The notes under the pieces were generated by a model. That model was not told the DNA's origin, made no database searches, and was given only the letters and a program-made list of their open reading frames with translations. Positions 19,488 to 31,226 of a stretch of DNA of 32,000 nt are shown here, piece after piece. Source of the stretch: Synechococcus elongatus PCC 6301 (GTDB lineage Bacteria > Cyanobacteriota > Cyanobacteriia > Synechococcales > Synechococcaceae); the NCBI RefSeq assembly GCF_000010065.1, contig NC_006576.1, positions 1,320,001-1,352,000 on the forward strand, read 5' to 3'. Position 1 is the stretch's first letter, and each line of letters starts with the position of its first letter. A program made the position numbers and the translations under genes.

Positions 19488-19829
19488 TTAACGGCGGCCA
19501 CTACCAGTTCCTTCGGCAGAGAGTCGATATTGTTCCACTTCTGGGCCAAAGCCGATCGGGAAGACCGCTTCCACGTTTTCATGCGGGCGAGGGATGATCA
19601 CCCACGTTTCGAGGGTGCCACCAGGCGTATTTTTCGCGGCTTCAATGCCCGCATCCATCGCCGTTTTGACTTCTGAGACATCCCCCCGAATGTTGACTGC
19701 AAAGCGAGCGCTACCGGCCCGCATGTAGCTCACAATCGTGATTCGGCCAGCTTTGACCATGGCATCAGCTGCCGCCAAGATTGGGGGAAAGCCCTTCGTT
19801 TCCAGCGAGCCAATTGCCTGCTGAGACAT
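19488..19829 (-). CDS. ccmK4: Carboxysome shell protein CcmK4 (BMC-H)
   Basis: BMC domain: MSQQAIGSLETKGFPPILAAADAMVKAGRITIVSYMRAGSARFAVNIRGDVSEVKTAMDAGIEAAKN. 113 aa, paired with ccmK3 away from the main ccm operon. Confidence 0.93.
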   Translation of the reverse strand: MSQQAIGSLETKGFPPILAAADAMVKAGRITIVSYMRAGSARFAVNIRGDVSEVKTAMDAGIEAAKNTPGGTLETWVIIPRPHENVEAVFPIGFGPEVEQYRLSAEGTGSGRR

Positions 19830-19873
19830 CTCAAACTCCTTCGCGTCGCAGTGTCGATTGTAAAGTCCGTGGC

Positions 19874-20182
19874 TTAAGACCGAAAGGGCTCGGATTCAGC
19901 CGTGAAGTCGATCGGCATCACCGTTTCCACGTTTTCTTGTGGATTCGGGATGACGATGTAATTGATCAGCTCTGCCCCTTCGGTTTCAGCAACTGCTTTC
20001 AACCCTGCTTCAACAGCCGTTTCGACTTCCGAAACAGGTCCCCGCACCGAGACAAAGAATTGGGCACTTTCCGCCAATCCATACTGGGTGATGGTGACCC
20101 GAGCCGCTTTGACCATCGCATCTGCCGCAGCAATAATCGGCGGAAATCCGAGGGTTTGAATCGTTCCGACAGCAATTGGCAT
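19874..20182 (-). CDS. ccmK3: Carboxysome shell protein CcmK3 (BMC-H)
   Basis: MPIAVGTIQTLGFPPIIAAADAMVKAARVTITQYGLAESAQFFVSVRGPVSEVETAVEAGLKAVAE. ATG at 20182 matches the universal BMC-H N-terminus; the listed start at 20359 adds 59 non-BMC residues. Confidence 0.93.
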   Translation of the reverse strand: MPIAVGTIQTLGFPPIIAAADAMVKAARVTITQYGLAESAQFFVSVRGPVSEVETAVEAGLKAVAETEGAELINYIVIPNPQENVETVMPIDFTAESEPFRS

Positions 20183-20259
20183 CAGCAAAAACCCCGATCG
20201 CAGCGGGATGGAAGAGCCATCAACATATTCTATGGGTAGAGTGTCCTTTCCTCGATGCT

Positions 20260-21264
20260 GTGGCTGAATTTGCCGTCGTTGACCGAGCGATTCCTGCTCA
20301 TTTACAAACGCCACTGCAGGTAGGTTCTCTGATTCTGCACAGTCGTGTCTTGCAATCACCGCTGGCGGGCGTCAGCGATCGCAGCTTTCGACAGCTCGTC
20401 CGGCGATCGGCTCCGCAGTCGCTGATTTTTGCCGAAATGGCGCATGCAGGCTTGCAATTAGCAGGGCGCGATCGTTGGGAATTTTTGCCCCATGAGCAAC
20501 CGATTGGCGCGCAGTTATTTGGTGATCAGCCAGCGACTTTAGCAGCAGCAGCGCAACAAGCCGAAGCAGCTGGAGCGGTTTGTATCGACCTGAACATGGG
20601 TTGTCCCGTCAGTAAAGTGACGCGCAAACGCGGTGGATCCGCGCTCCTCCGCGAGCCAGAACTGGCGATCGCGATCGTCCAAGCGGTGGCAGCAGCGGTC
20701 AGCATTCCCGTCACCGTCAAAACCCGCTTGGGCTGGGAGCAGGTGACCATTCTCGACTTCGCCCAACAGCTTGAAGCAGCAGGGGCACAACTGCTGACAC
20801 TTCATGGCCGCAGTCGCAGTCAGGGCTATAGCGGTCAGGCAGATTGGAACTGGATTACACGGGTCAAATCACGGCTGTCGATTCCCGTAATCGCCAATGG
20901 TGATATCAACTCGCCAGCAGATGCGATCGCCTGTCTCCAGCAAACGGGTGCGGATGGTGTGATGTGTGGGCGCGGTAGCCTCGGTAATCCTGGCTTAGTG
21001 GGCGCGATCGATCGCTCTCTCAAAACTGGAGAGCAAACACCGGAATTAGAGCTGCGCGATCGCCTGCAACTGGCGCGGGAACATCTGCTGCTGCTCTGGG
21101 AGGACAAAGGAGCAGCGGGACTCTTGCAAGCTCGCAAGCATTTGGGCTGGTATCTCGCGGATCAACCTGACTATCAAGACCTGCGTCAGCACCTCCTCCG
21201 CAGTGAGGATCTCAGCCAAAGTCTGGATTTATTGGATGCAGCAATCGCCTCTGTAGTCTGCTGA
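20260..21264 (+). CDS. tRNA-dihydrouridine synthase family protein (TIM barrel)
   Basis: LQSPLAGVSDRSFRQLVRR, IDLNMGCPVSKVTRKRGGSALLREPELAIAIVQAV, VTVKTRLGW, LTLHGRSRSQGYSGQADW, PVIANGDI, GVMCGRGSLGNPGLVGAI. The start is uncertain; an in-frame GTG at 20260 is plausible, while the listed ORF opens at 20176. Confidence 0.9.
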   Translation: MAEFAVVDRAIPAHLQTPLQVGSLILHSRVLQSPLAGVSDRSFRQLVRRSAPQSLIFAEMAHAGLQLAGRDRWEFLPHEQPIGAQLFGDQPATLAAAAQQAEAAGAVCIDLNMGCPVSKVTRKRGGSALLREPELAIAIVQAVAAAVSIPVTVKTRLGWEQVTILDFAQQLEAAGAQLLTLHGRSRSQGYSGQADWNWITRVKSRLSIPVIANGDINSPADAIACLQQTGADGVMCGRGSLGNPGLVGAIDRSLKTGEQTPELELRDRLQLAREHLLLLWEDKGAAGLLQARKHLGWYLADQPDYQDLRQHLLRSEDLSQSLDLLDAAIASVVC

Positions 21265-21460
21265 TCACTTGGTAATTTCGACGGGTTTAGACTGCAATTT
21301 CCACTGGTTCTGTCAGTCCGGCTAGGGAGTTGCTCCCGTACTTCAAGGAAGCCGATCAACCAAGTTAGGATAGAGATTCCGGCAACATATCGGGGCTGAG
21401 GATGGTTTTGTTGCGGCCGCTCCCTCTGACCCGCCCACAAGCTTTCCAAGGAATCTGTCC

Positions 21461-22744
21461 GTGACTGAGACGAACTTCGACTTCCTCGCCCAAGGTGATC
21501 CGGCGATCGCGGCCATCATTGGTCGGGAACTGCAGCGCCAGCAAGAACACCTTGAACTGATCGCCAGCGAAAACTTTGCCTCACCAGCGGTGATGGCAGC
21601 TCAAGGCTCGGTGCTGACCAACAAGTATGCAGAAGGTCTGCCCAGCAAACGCTACTACGGCGGCTGTGAGTTCGTTGACCAAGCGGAAGAATTGGCGATC
21701 GAGCGGGCTAAAGAACTGTTCGGCGCAGCCCACGCCAACGTTCAGCCCCACAGCGGTGCTCAGGCCAACTTTGCGGTCTTCCTGACCCTGCTGCAACCGG
21801 GCGATACTTTCCTAGGCATGGACCTGTCCCACGGCGGGCACCTAACCCACGGCTCACCGGTTAACGTCTCGGGCAAATGGTTCAATGCTGGTCACTACGG
21901 CGTCAACCGTGAAACCGAGCGTCTGGATTACGATGCCATCCGCGAGCTCGCTCTGCAGCACCGTCCTAAACTGATCATCTGCGGCTACTCGGCTTATCCC
22001 CGCACCATCGACTTTGCCAAATTCCGCGAAATTGCTGATGAAGTCGGCGCATACTTGCTGGCGGACATGGCGCACATCGCCGGTTTAGTCGCTGCGGGCC
22101 TGCATCCTAGCCCAATTCCTCACTGCGATGTCGTCACGACAACCACCCACAAAACCCTGCGCGGCCCTCGTGGCGGCTTGATCCTGACGCGCGATGCGGA
22201 ACTCGGCAAGAAACTCGACAAATCCGTCTTCCCCGGCACCCAAGGGGGCCCGCTGGAGCACGTAATTGCTGCGAAAGCCGTCGCCTTCGGCGAAGCCCTA
22301 CGCCCTGAGTTCAAGACCTATTCAGCGCAAGTGATTGCCAACGCTCAAGCTTTGGCTCGTCAACTGCAAGCTCGCGGCCTCAAGATCGTCTCGGATGGCA
22401 CCGACAACCACCTCTTGCTCGTCGACCTGCGATCGATCGGCATGACCGGTAAAGTAGCTGATCTGTTGGTCAGCGATGTGAACATCACCGCCAACAAGAA
22501 CACGGTGCCCTTCGATCCCGAATCGCCGTTTGTCACCAGTGGCATTCGCCTGGGTACGGCAGCGATGACAACGCGGGGCTTCAAGGAAGCAGAATTTGCG
22601 ATCGTGGCAGACATTATTGCCGATCGCCTACTCAACCCCGAAGACAGCAGCATGGAAGACAGCTGCCGTCGCCGCGTCCTCGAATTATGCCAGCGCTTCC
22701 CGCTGTACCCGCACCTGTCACCCGCAACGCCGGTCGCGGTTTAG
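21461..22744 (+). CDS. glyA: Serine hydroxymethyltransferase
   Basis: GTG start. [74 protein letters not shown] (PLP lysine), [19 protein letters not shown]. Confidence 0.98.
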   Translation: MTETNFDFLAQGDPAIAAIIGRELQRQQEHLELIASENFASPAVMAAQGSVLTNKYAEGLPSKRYYGGCEFVDQAEELAIERAKELFGAAHANVQPHSGAQANFAVFLTLLQPGDTFLGMDLSHGGHLTHGSPVNVSGKWFNAGHYGVNRETERLDYDAIRELALQHRPKLIICGYSAYPRTIDFAKFREIADEVGAYLLADMAHIAGLVAAGLHPSPIPHCDVVTTTTHKTLRGPRGGLILTRDAELGKKLDKSVFPGTQGGPLEHVIAAKAVAFGEALRPEFKTYSAQVIANAQALARQLQARGLKIVSDGTDNHLLLVDLRSIGMTGKVADLLVSDVNITANKNTVPFDPESPFVTSGIRLGTAAMTTRGFKEAEFAIVADIIADRLLNPEDSSMEDSCRRRVLELCQRFPLYPHLSPATPVAV

Positions 22745-22766
22745 GCCCTCCTATCGTCTTGCCATC

Positions 22767-23840
22767 ATGACAGCCCCGGCTGCGCCTACTTCGCTGTATC
22801 CGTTGTTGGCCTTTTGTGTCTCGGCCTTGGTGGTCGTCCTGACGACACCAGTGGTGCGTAGTCTTGGCCTGCAGCGGGGGCTAGTCGATCAGCCCGGTGA
22901 GCGCAAGGTTCACCATCGACCAATGGTGCGGCTGGGAGGCATTTCGATCTTTCTGGGCTCTTTAGCCGCCCTACTACTGACTTGGTGGCTAGGCGGTTTT
23001 GGCGTCCTGCCCTCCGATCGCGAATACGAAATCTGGGGCGTGACGATCGGTGGGCTGGTCTTCTTTTTGATTGGCCTCGCTGATGACTTTTTCTCGCTCT
23101 CACCGATCACGCGACTGCTGGCCCAGATGACGGTGGCTGCGGGTGTTTGGTTGGTGGGGGTCCGCATTGATCTCCTGACAATTCCCTTCGTCGGGGGCGT
23201 CTATGTACTGCCAGAGTGGCTGAGCCTGCCGGTCACGGTTCTCTGGCTAGTGGGCATGACCAATGCGATCAACTGGATTGATGGGCTCGATGGATTAGCC
23301 GCTGGAGTGTCGGGCATTTCCGCCGTTATTTTGCTGATCGTGGCGCTAGCCGTGCAGCAACCGGCTGCTGCGCTAGTTGCTGCTGCCTTAGCTGGGGGGT
23401 GCCTTGGCTTTCTGCGCTACAACTTCAACCCCGCGAAGATTTTCATGGGCGATGGCGGCTCCTACTTTATTGGCTTCACCTTGGCTGGGGTCGGGGTGAT
23501 TGGTCTGGTCAAAAGTCTGACAACGTTTGCGGTGCTACTGCCCTACTTGATTTTGGCAGTGCCGATGTTGGACATGGTGACGGTCATCCTCGATCGCTTG
23601 CGCAGCGGTCAATCGCCCTTCAAAGCCGATAAACGCCACCTCCACCATCGCCTGTTGGATGCGGGCTTTTCTCATCGCCGCACGGTCGTCCTAATCTATG
23701 GGCTGACCCTCTGTGCCGGGAGCTGGGCCCTCGCCTTCGCCAATATTCCTAGCGGCTACGCCTACGCGATCGCCTCAACCCTATTGGTGATTGTGCTGTT
23801 CTGGCGATCGCGGCAGCGATCGCGCCGTTCTCTTCCCTGA
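22767..23840 (+). CDS. Undecaprenyl-phosphate GlcNAc-1-phosphate transferase family (WecA/TagO/MraY-like)
   Basis: Multi-TM protein with GLVDQPGERKVHHRPMVRLGGISIFLG, GLADDFFSLSPITRL, NAINWIDGLDGLAAGVSG, NFNPAKIFMGDGGSYFIGF and KRHLHHRLLDAGFSHRR. ATG at 22767; the listed start at 22596 lies within glyA. Confidence 0.93.
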   Translation: MTAPAAPTSLYPLLAFCVSALVVVLTTPVVRSLGLQRGLVDQPGERKVHHRPMVRLGGISIFLGSLAALLLTWWLGGFGVLPSDREYEIWGVTIGGLVFFLIGLADDFFSLSPITRLLAQMTVAAGVWLVGVRIDLLTIPFVGGVYVLPEWLSLPVTVLWLVGMTNAINWIDGLDGLAAGVSGISAVILLIVALAVQQPAAALVAAALAGGCLGFLRYNFNPAKIFMGDGGSYFIGFTLAGVGVIGLVKSLTTFAVLLPYLILAVPMLDMVTVILDRLRSGQSPFKADKRHLHHRLLDAGFSHRRTVVLIYGLTLCAGSWALAFANIPSGYAYAIASTLLVIVLFWRSRQRSRRSLP

Positions 23841-23849
23841 GCTTGATCA

Positions 23850-25115
23850 ATGTCTGATCCCCGTTATTGCGCCGAGATTATCAGTGTCGGCACAGAGCTG
23901 CTGCTCGGGAACATCCTCAACAGCAATGCTCAGTTTTTGGCCGAAGAACTGGCACAACTGGGAATTCCTCACTACTTCCAAACCGTGGTGGGCGACAACC
24001 GCGATCGCCTCCAGTCAGCGGTCAAAATCGCGGCGGAGCGATCGGGGCTGCTGATCTTCACAGGGGGGCTAGGGCCAACCCCCGATGACCTGACGACGGA
24101 AACCCTAGCAGCTTGCTTCGAGACGCACTTGGCTGAACGCCCCGAAGTCATCACTGACATTGAGGCAAAATTTACGCGGCGCGGACGGGTCTTGACCGAC
24201 AACAACCGCAAGCAGGCACTCTTACCGGTTGGAGCCGAATTGCTGCCCAATCCCAGCGGTACCGCCCCCGGCATGATCCGGTCGCCGCGATCGGGCCTAA
24301 CGCTGATGACCTTCCCCGGCGTACCCGCTGAAATGCGCCGGATGTGGACAGAAACAGCGGTGCCTTGGCTGCACCAAAACGACTGGTGTCGATCGATTCT
24401 GGTCAGTCGTTTGCTGCGTTTTTGGGGCATTTCCGAGTCAGCACTGGCTGAAAAAGTGGCGCCCTTCTTCGACCTGCAAAATCCAACGGTTGCACCCTAC
24501 GCTAACAACGGCGAGGTGAAGTTACGGATCACGGCAGCCGCAGCCTCTGAAGCAGAAGGGGTAGCCCTGATTGCGCCGATCGAGCAAGAACTGCGGGCGA
24601 TCGCAGGACGAGATTGCTACGGTGCTGACAACGACAGCTTGGCTTCGGTGGTCGGTGCGCTCCTGCACGATCGCGGTCAGACTTTGGCCGTCGCAGAATC
24701 CTGTACCGGCGGTGGTTTGGGTCAGTTGATCACGACAATTCCCGGCAGCTCCCAATGGTTTTGGGGCGGTGTGATCGCCTACGACAACCGTGTGAAACAA
24801 TCGCTCCTCAATGTCTCAGCGGAAACTTTGGCTGAAGCAGGGGCGGTCAGCGCAGTCGTCGCAGAACAGATGGCGATCGGCATCCAGCAGCGCCTAGGGA
24901 CGACCTGGGGCGTTTCCATCACCGGCATTGCGGGGCCGGATGGTGGCACGGAAACGAAGCCGGTGGGATTGGTCTACATCGGTATTGCAGGCCCAACAGG
25001 TTGCTTCGGCGTTGAACGGCGCTGGGGCGCTGAGCGCGGGCGTGACTGGGTCCGGCGCCTGAGTGCGGGTGAAGCACTCGATCAACTGCGGCGATCGCTG
25101 CTGAATTTGACCTAA
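23850..25115 (+). CDS. cinA: CinA family protein (competence/damage-inducible; NMN deamidase-like C-terminus)
   Basis: AEIISVGTELLLGNILNSNAQFLAEELAQLGI, FTGGLGPTPDDLTTETLA, C-terminal LAVAESCTGGGLGQLITTIPGSSQWFWGGVIAYDNRVK and ISGIAGPDGGTETKPVG. Confidence 0.96.
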   Translation: MSDPRYCAEIISVGTELLLGNILNSNAQFLAEELAQLGIPHYFQTVVGDNRDRLQSAVKIAAERSGLLIFTGGLGPTPDDLTTETLAACFETHLAERPEVITDIEAKFTRRGRVLTDNNRKQALLPVGAELLPNPSGTAPGMIRSPRSGLTLMTFPGVPAEMRRMWTETAVPWLHQNDWCRSILVSRLLRFWGISESALAEKVAPFFDLQNPTVAPYANNGEVKLRITAAAASEAEGVALIAPIEQELRAIAGRDCYGADNDSLASVVGALLHDRGQTLAVAESCTGGGLGQLITTIPGSSQWFWGGVIAYDNRVKQSLLNVSAETLAEAGAVSAVVAEQMAIGIQQRLGTTWGVSITGIAGPDGGTETKPVGLVYIGIAGPTGCFGVERRWGAERGRDWVRRLSAGEALDQLRRSLLNLT

Positions 25116-25124
25116 ATCGATCGC

Positions 25125-26729
25125 CTAATGAGTCAGTGCGATCGCCCGTTCTGGAATCAGGCGTGACTCGTACTCCTGACGGAACCAGCGCAGCGTACTA
25201 AGAATTGGGTTGGGAGCAGACATTCCCAAGCCACAGAGACTGGTGTCTTTGACCAAATAGCAAAGGTCTTCGAGCTGTTGGAGATCGATCGCGGTGCCTT
25301 GACCGCTAGATAACTTCCCGAGGAGCTCATGCAGTTGCACTGTGCCTGCCCGACAGGGAATGCATTTGCCACAGCTTTCGGAGCGGCAAAATTCCATGTA
25401 GAAGCGGGCGATCGCCACCATATCGGTGTTCTCGTCCATGACTACCATGCCGCCGGAACCCATCATTGATCCCAGTTGTATGAGTGAGTCGTAGTCGACC
25501 GGTGTATCCAATTGCGCTAAAGGAATGCAGCCGCCGGAAGGCCCGCCGGTTTGCACCGCTTTCACAGGGCTTTCGGGAATACCCATGCCATCGACGATCG
25601 ATCGCAGCGGAATGCCCATCGGCACTTCAATCAGGCCGTTGTTGCGCAGCTTACCAGTCAATGCAAAAACTTTCGTCCCCTTGCTGGTCGGCGTGCCGAT
25701 CGCCGCAAACCAGTCAGCGCTTTGCTCCACAATCGGGGCAATATTGGCAAAGGTTTCGACGTTATTGATCAGCGTTGGATGACCCCAGAGGCCCGACTCT
25801 GCCGGATAAGGCGGACGCACCCGAGGCACACCGCGCTCCCCTTGAATTGAGTGAATCAGCGCCGTTTCTTCGCCGCAGACAAAGGCACCCGCACCGATCC
25901 GCACCTCGAGATCAAAGCTGAAGCGGCTATCCAAGACACTGTTGCCCAGCAGCCCACGGCGGCGGGCTTGGCGAATGGCTTGATTGAGTCGTGCGATCGC
26001 TAGTGGATATTCCGCCCGCACGTAAAGGTAGCCAAAGTTCGCACCCACCGCATAGGCCGCGATCGCCATGCCCTCGATGACTTGATGGGGGTCGCTCTCT
26101 AGGACGCTGCGATCCATAAAAGCGCCGGGGTCGCCCTCATCGCCGTTGCAAACCACAAACTTGCGATCGCTGGGCATTTTGGCGACGGTCGCCCATTTCA
26201 AGCCGGTGGGATAGCCGCCACCGCCGCGCCCGCGCAGCCCACTAAGGCGAATAATCTCGGCGACTTCTGTTGGTGTTAAGTCAAAGATGGTGTGCATCAA
26301 AGCCCGATAGCCGCCCGCTGCCAGATAGCTTTCGAGGCGATCGGGATTGATCAAGCCGCTGTGGCGATTGACGATTTTCAGTTGTTGGCTAAAGAAGGGC
26401 TGAGCCTGATCAACTTCGGGTAGATCCATCGCTGCACCTTGAGCCGCCGCAACGAGATCCGCTGCCTGATCAGGACGGATGTCACTGTAGAGGCGATCGC
26501 TGGGATCACACTGCACCAGTGGCCCCGCACCACAGAGTCCCAAGCAACCGACGCTGACAGCCTCGCAGCGATCGCCCAAATTTTGATCGGCGATCGTCTG
26601 CTGTACTGCTTTAAAAACGGCCTCAGCACCGTTGGCACGACAACCCGTGGCTGTACAACAGCGCAGACGAATCGGCTTCTGGCAAGTCAGTTCCTCGTTA
26701 GCCAAACGCCCCAAATCTTCCCAATCCAT
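25125..26729 (-). CDS. hoxF: Bidirectional [NiFe]-hydrogenase diaphorase subunit HoxF (NuoF-like)
   Basis: GLRGRGGGGYPTGLKW, VCNGDEGDPGAFMDR, GAGAFVCGEETALIHSIQGERGVPRVRPPYPAE, SCGKCIPCRAGT..LCGLG, plus an N-terminal ferredoxin-like CCTATGCRANGA..VGCLGLCGAGP. ATG at 26729 shares a base with the hoxE stop (TGATG). Confidence 0.93.
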   Translation of the reverse strand: MDWEDLGRLANEELTCQKPIRLRCCTATGCRANGAEAVFKAVQQTIADQNLGDRCEAVSVGCLGLCGAGPLVQCDPSDRLYSDIRPDQAADLVAAAQGAAMDLPEVDQAQPFFSQQLKIVNRHSGLINPDRLESYLAAGGYRALMHTIFDLTPTEVAEIIRLSGLRGRGGGGYPTGLKWATVAKMPSDRKFVVCNGDEGDPGAFMDRSVLESDPHQVIEGMAIAAYAVGANFGYLYVRAEYPLAIARLNQAIRQARRRGLLGNSVLDSRFSFDLEVRIGAGAFVCGEETALIHSIQGERGVPRVRPPYPAESGLWGHPTLINNVETFANIAPIVEQSADWFAAIGTPTSKGTKVFALTGKLRNNGLIEVPMGIPLRSIVDGMGIPESPVKAVQTGGPSGGCIPLAQLDTPVDYDSLIQLGSMMGSGGMVVMDENTDMVAIARFYMEFCRSESCGKCIPCRAGTVQLHELLGKLSSGQGTAIDLQQLEDLCYLVKDTSLCGLGMSAPNPILSTLRWFRQEYESRLIPERAIALTH

Positions 26730-27226
26730 CAGTGCGCCTCCTGCTGCCAAGCTTGGACTTGTTGCCAGACCGCTTCAGATTCTTGGCGGCCTTGAATATC
26801 ACCGTCATAGACCACGACGGGGGCAATTCCGCAGGCACCCACACAGCGCACGGTTCCGAGGGAAACCGATCCATCATTGGTGGTTTCGCCTTCGCGAATG
26901 CCTAGCTCCGCTATTAGGCAGTCGAGAATGGCTTGCGACCCTTTGACATAGCAGGCCGTGCCTAGGCAGACATGGCAGCGGTGGCGACCGGAAGGATTGA
27001 GCTGGAACAGGTGATAGAAGCTAGCCACGCCGTAGACCTTGCTGCGGGGTAAGGCGAGTTGCTCAGCTACCCATTGCAGGAGCTCGCGATCGAGATAACC
27101 GTAGAGCGACTGGGCTTCATGCAGAATTTCAATCAGGGCATCTGCTTGGGCCGCTTGCCGCTTGATAGCTAGCTCTAGGCGACGACGACGAGGATCGACA
27201 CTGGGTGTCGTTTCAGAAGTAGCCAT
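26729..27226 (-). CDS. hoxE: Bidirectional hydrogenase subunit HoxE (NuoE-like [2Fe-2S] protein)
   Basis: YGYLDRELLQWVAEQLALPRSKVYGVASFYHLFQLNPSGRHRCHVCLGTACYVKGS ... VRCVGACGIAPVVVYDG, with the four [2Fe-2S] cysteines. Adjacent to hoxF. Confidence 0.92.
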   Translation of the reverse strand: MATSETTPSVDPRRRRLELAIKRQAAQADALIEILHEAQSLYGYLDRELLQWVAEQLALPRSKVYGVASFYHLFQLNPSGRHRCHVCLGTACYVKGSQAILDCLIAELGIREGETTNDGSVSLGTVRCVGACGIAPVVVYDGDIQGRQESEAVWQQVQAWQQEAH

Positions 27227-27260
27227 AGTCTGAACTCAGCGCCCTTCTCTCTGTGCTTAG

Positions 27261-29390
<2,130 letters not shown>

Positions 29391-29421
29391 CATAGGCAAC
29401 AGTTCGTCTGTGTCCCAGCCC

Positions 29422-30882
29422 ATGACCGCCGTTGCTGCCCCCAATTGGACTGCGATCGCCCAAGCTTTTCGGGAAGTCCTGGGTCGAGAGCAAGTCGTTG
29501 AGCGGCGCGAAGAATTACTGGTTTATGAATGTGATGGACTGACCAATCATCGCCAAATTCCACCGCTTGTTGTTCTGCCACGTAGCACCGAAGAAGTTGC
29601 CGCTGCTGTCCGTCTTTGCAATCAGTTTGATCTCTCATTCGTGGCGCGGGGCGCAGGGACTGGCCTCTCAGGTGGTGCACTACCGGTTGAAGATTCGGTG
29701 CTGATTGTCACTGCACGGATGCGTCAGATTTTAGAGATTGACTACGACAACCTGCGCGTTCGCGTTCAACCCGGTGTGATCAATAGCTGGGTGACGCAGG
29801 CAACGACGGGGGCTGGTTTTTTCTATGCACCTGATCCCTCCAGCCAAAGCGTTTGCTCCATTGGCGGCAATGTCGCTGAAAATTCTGGCGGAGTACATTG
29901 CCTCAAGCACGGTGTCACCAATAACCACGTCCTAGGGCTGACACTGGTGCTGCCGGATGCCTCCGTGATTCAAGTCGGCGGCGCGATCGCAGATCTACCC
30001 GGCTACGACCTCTGCGGCATTTTTGTCGGTTCAGAGGGCACGCTCGGAATCGCCACCGAAGTGACGCTACGACTACAACCACTCCCGCAATCCGTTCAGG
30101 TACTGCTTGCCGATTTCAGCAGCATTGAAGCAGCCGGGGCTGCTGTCTCGGGCATCATCGCAGCGGGAATTTTGCCGGCGGGTTTAGAGCTGATGGATAA
30201 CTTCAGCATCAATGCCGTTGAAGATGTGGTGAAAAGTGATTGTTATCCCCGCGATGCGGCTGCCATTCTGCTAGCAGAGTTAGATGGTCGCGCTTCGGAA
30301 GTTGCGCAGCAAATTCGCGATGTGGAAGCAGTTTGCCGACAACATGGAGCCCGATCGATCGCGATCGCAACGGATGCTGAAGATCGGCTACGACTTTGGA
30401 AAGGACGTAAGGCTGCATTCGCTGCTGTCGGACGGATTAGCCCGAGTTACTACGTGCAAGACGGTGTAATTCCGCGATCGACACTGCCCTTTGTTCTGCA
30501 TGAAATTGAGCAGTTAGGCCAAAAACATGGCTACCGTGTCGCCAACGTTTTCCATGCAGGTGATGGTAATTTACATCCGCTAATTCTCTACGATCGCAAT
30601 GATCCAGGTGCTTTAGAGCGTGTTGAAGCCCTTGGGGGTGAAATCCTCAAGCTCTGTGTCAACGTTGGCGGCAGTATCTCGGGTGAGCATGGCATTGGTG
30701 CCGATAAGCGCTGCTATATGCCCGCCATGTTCAGCTCCGAAGATCTTGAAACGATGCAATGGCTACGTCATGCCTTCGATCCGCTGGAACGCGCCAATCC
30801 CACTAAGGTTTTCCCAACTCCCCGCACTTGTGGTGAACGAGGATCAGTTAATAGTATTCCAGTCGGAGTTGAGCTTTATTAA
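29422..30882 (+). CDS. glcD: FAD-linked oxidase, glycolate dehydrogenase/oxidase GlcD-like subunit
   Basis: [46 protein letters not shown]-type segment, [32 protein letters not shown]-like, [30 protein letters not shown]. ATG at 29422; the listed start at 29227 overlaps ligA. Confidence 0.92.
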   Translation: [486 protein letters not shown]

Positions 30883-30893
30883 GAGCTGGAATT

Positions 30894-31226
30894 TCAGTCA
30901 CGGTAGTCCATCACAATCAATGCCAAAAGCTGGGGAATATTAGACTTCACAACCTCCCAGATCAAAGCAAGATCAACTTGATTATAGTCATGAATTAGCT
31001 TGTCGCGCATCCCAGCTATCTGTTTCCAAGGAGTTTCAGGATTACTCTCCCGAAACTCGCGGGAGAGCCGCTTCACGACTTCTCCGATCACAGTGAGTTC
31101 ATATAAAGTAGCGAGATGAGTACGCTTATCTGCTAAAAATTCAGCTTGATCCATATCTTGAGTTAATTCAAGAATGGTTTGACAGGCATTAGCAATATCT
31201 AACAAGTAAGCTTGATCACGACTCAT
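30894..31226 (-). CDS. hepT: HEPN-domain toxin HepT-like (DUF86)
   Basis: 110-aa ORF with IGEVVKRLSREFRESNPETPWKQIAGMRDKLIHDYNQVDLALIW, which contains the HEPN RNase motif Rx4HxY (RDKLIHDY). Overlaps mntA by 11 nt. Confidence 0.9.
   Translation of the reverse strand: MSRDQAYLLDIANACQTILELTQDMDQAEFLADKRTHLATLYELTVIGEVVKRLSREFRESNPETPWKQIAGMRDKLIHDYNQVDLALIWEVVKSNIPQLLALIVMDYRD

Noticed and set aside
19781-20239. 152-aa plus-strand ORF opposite ccmK3
   Set aside because: Antisense shadow of ccmK3. Its Arg/Ser/Phe-rich composition is implausible.
20183-20359. 59-residue N-terminal extension on CcmK3 in the ORF track
   Set aside because: BMC-H proteins begin at MPIAVG..., encoded by the ATG at 20182. 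The extension has no BMC similarity and overlaps the likely dus start region.
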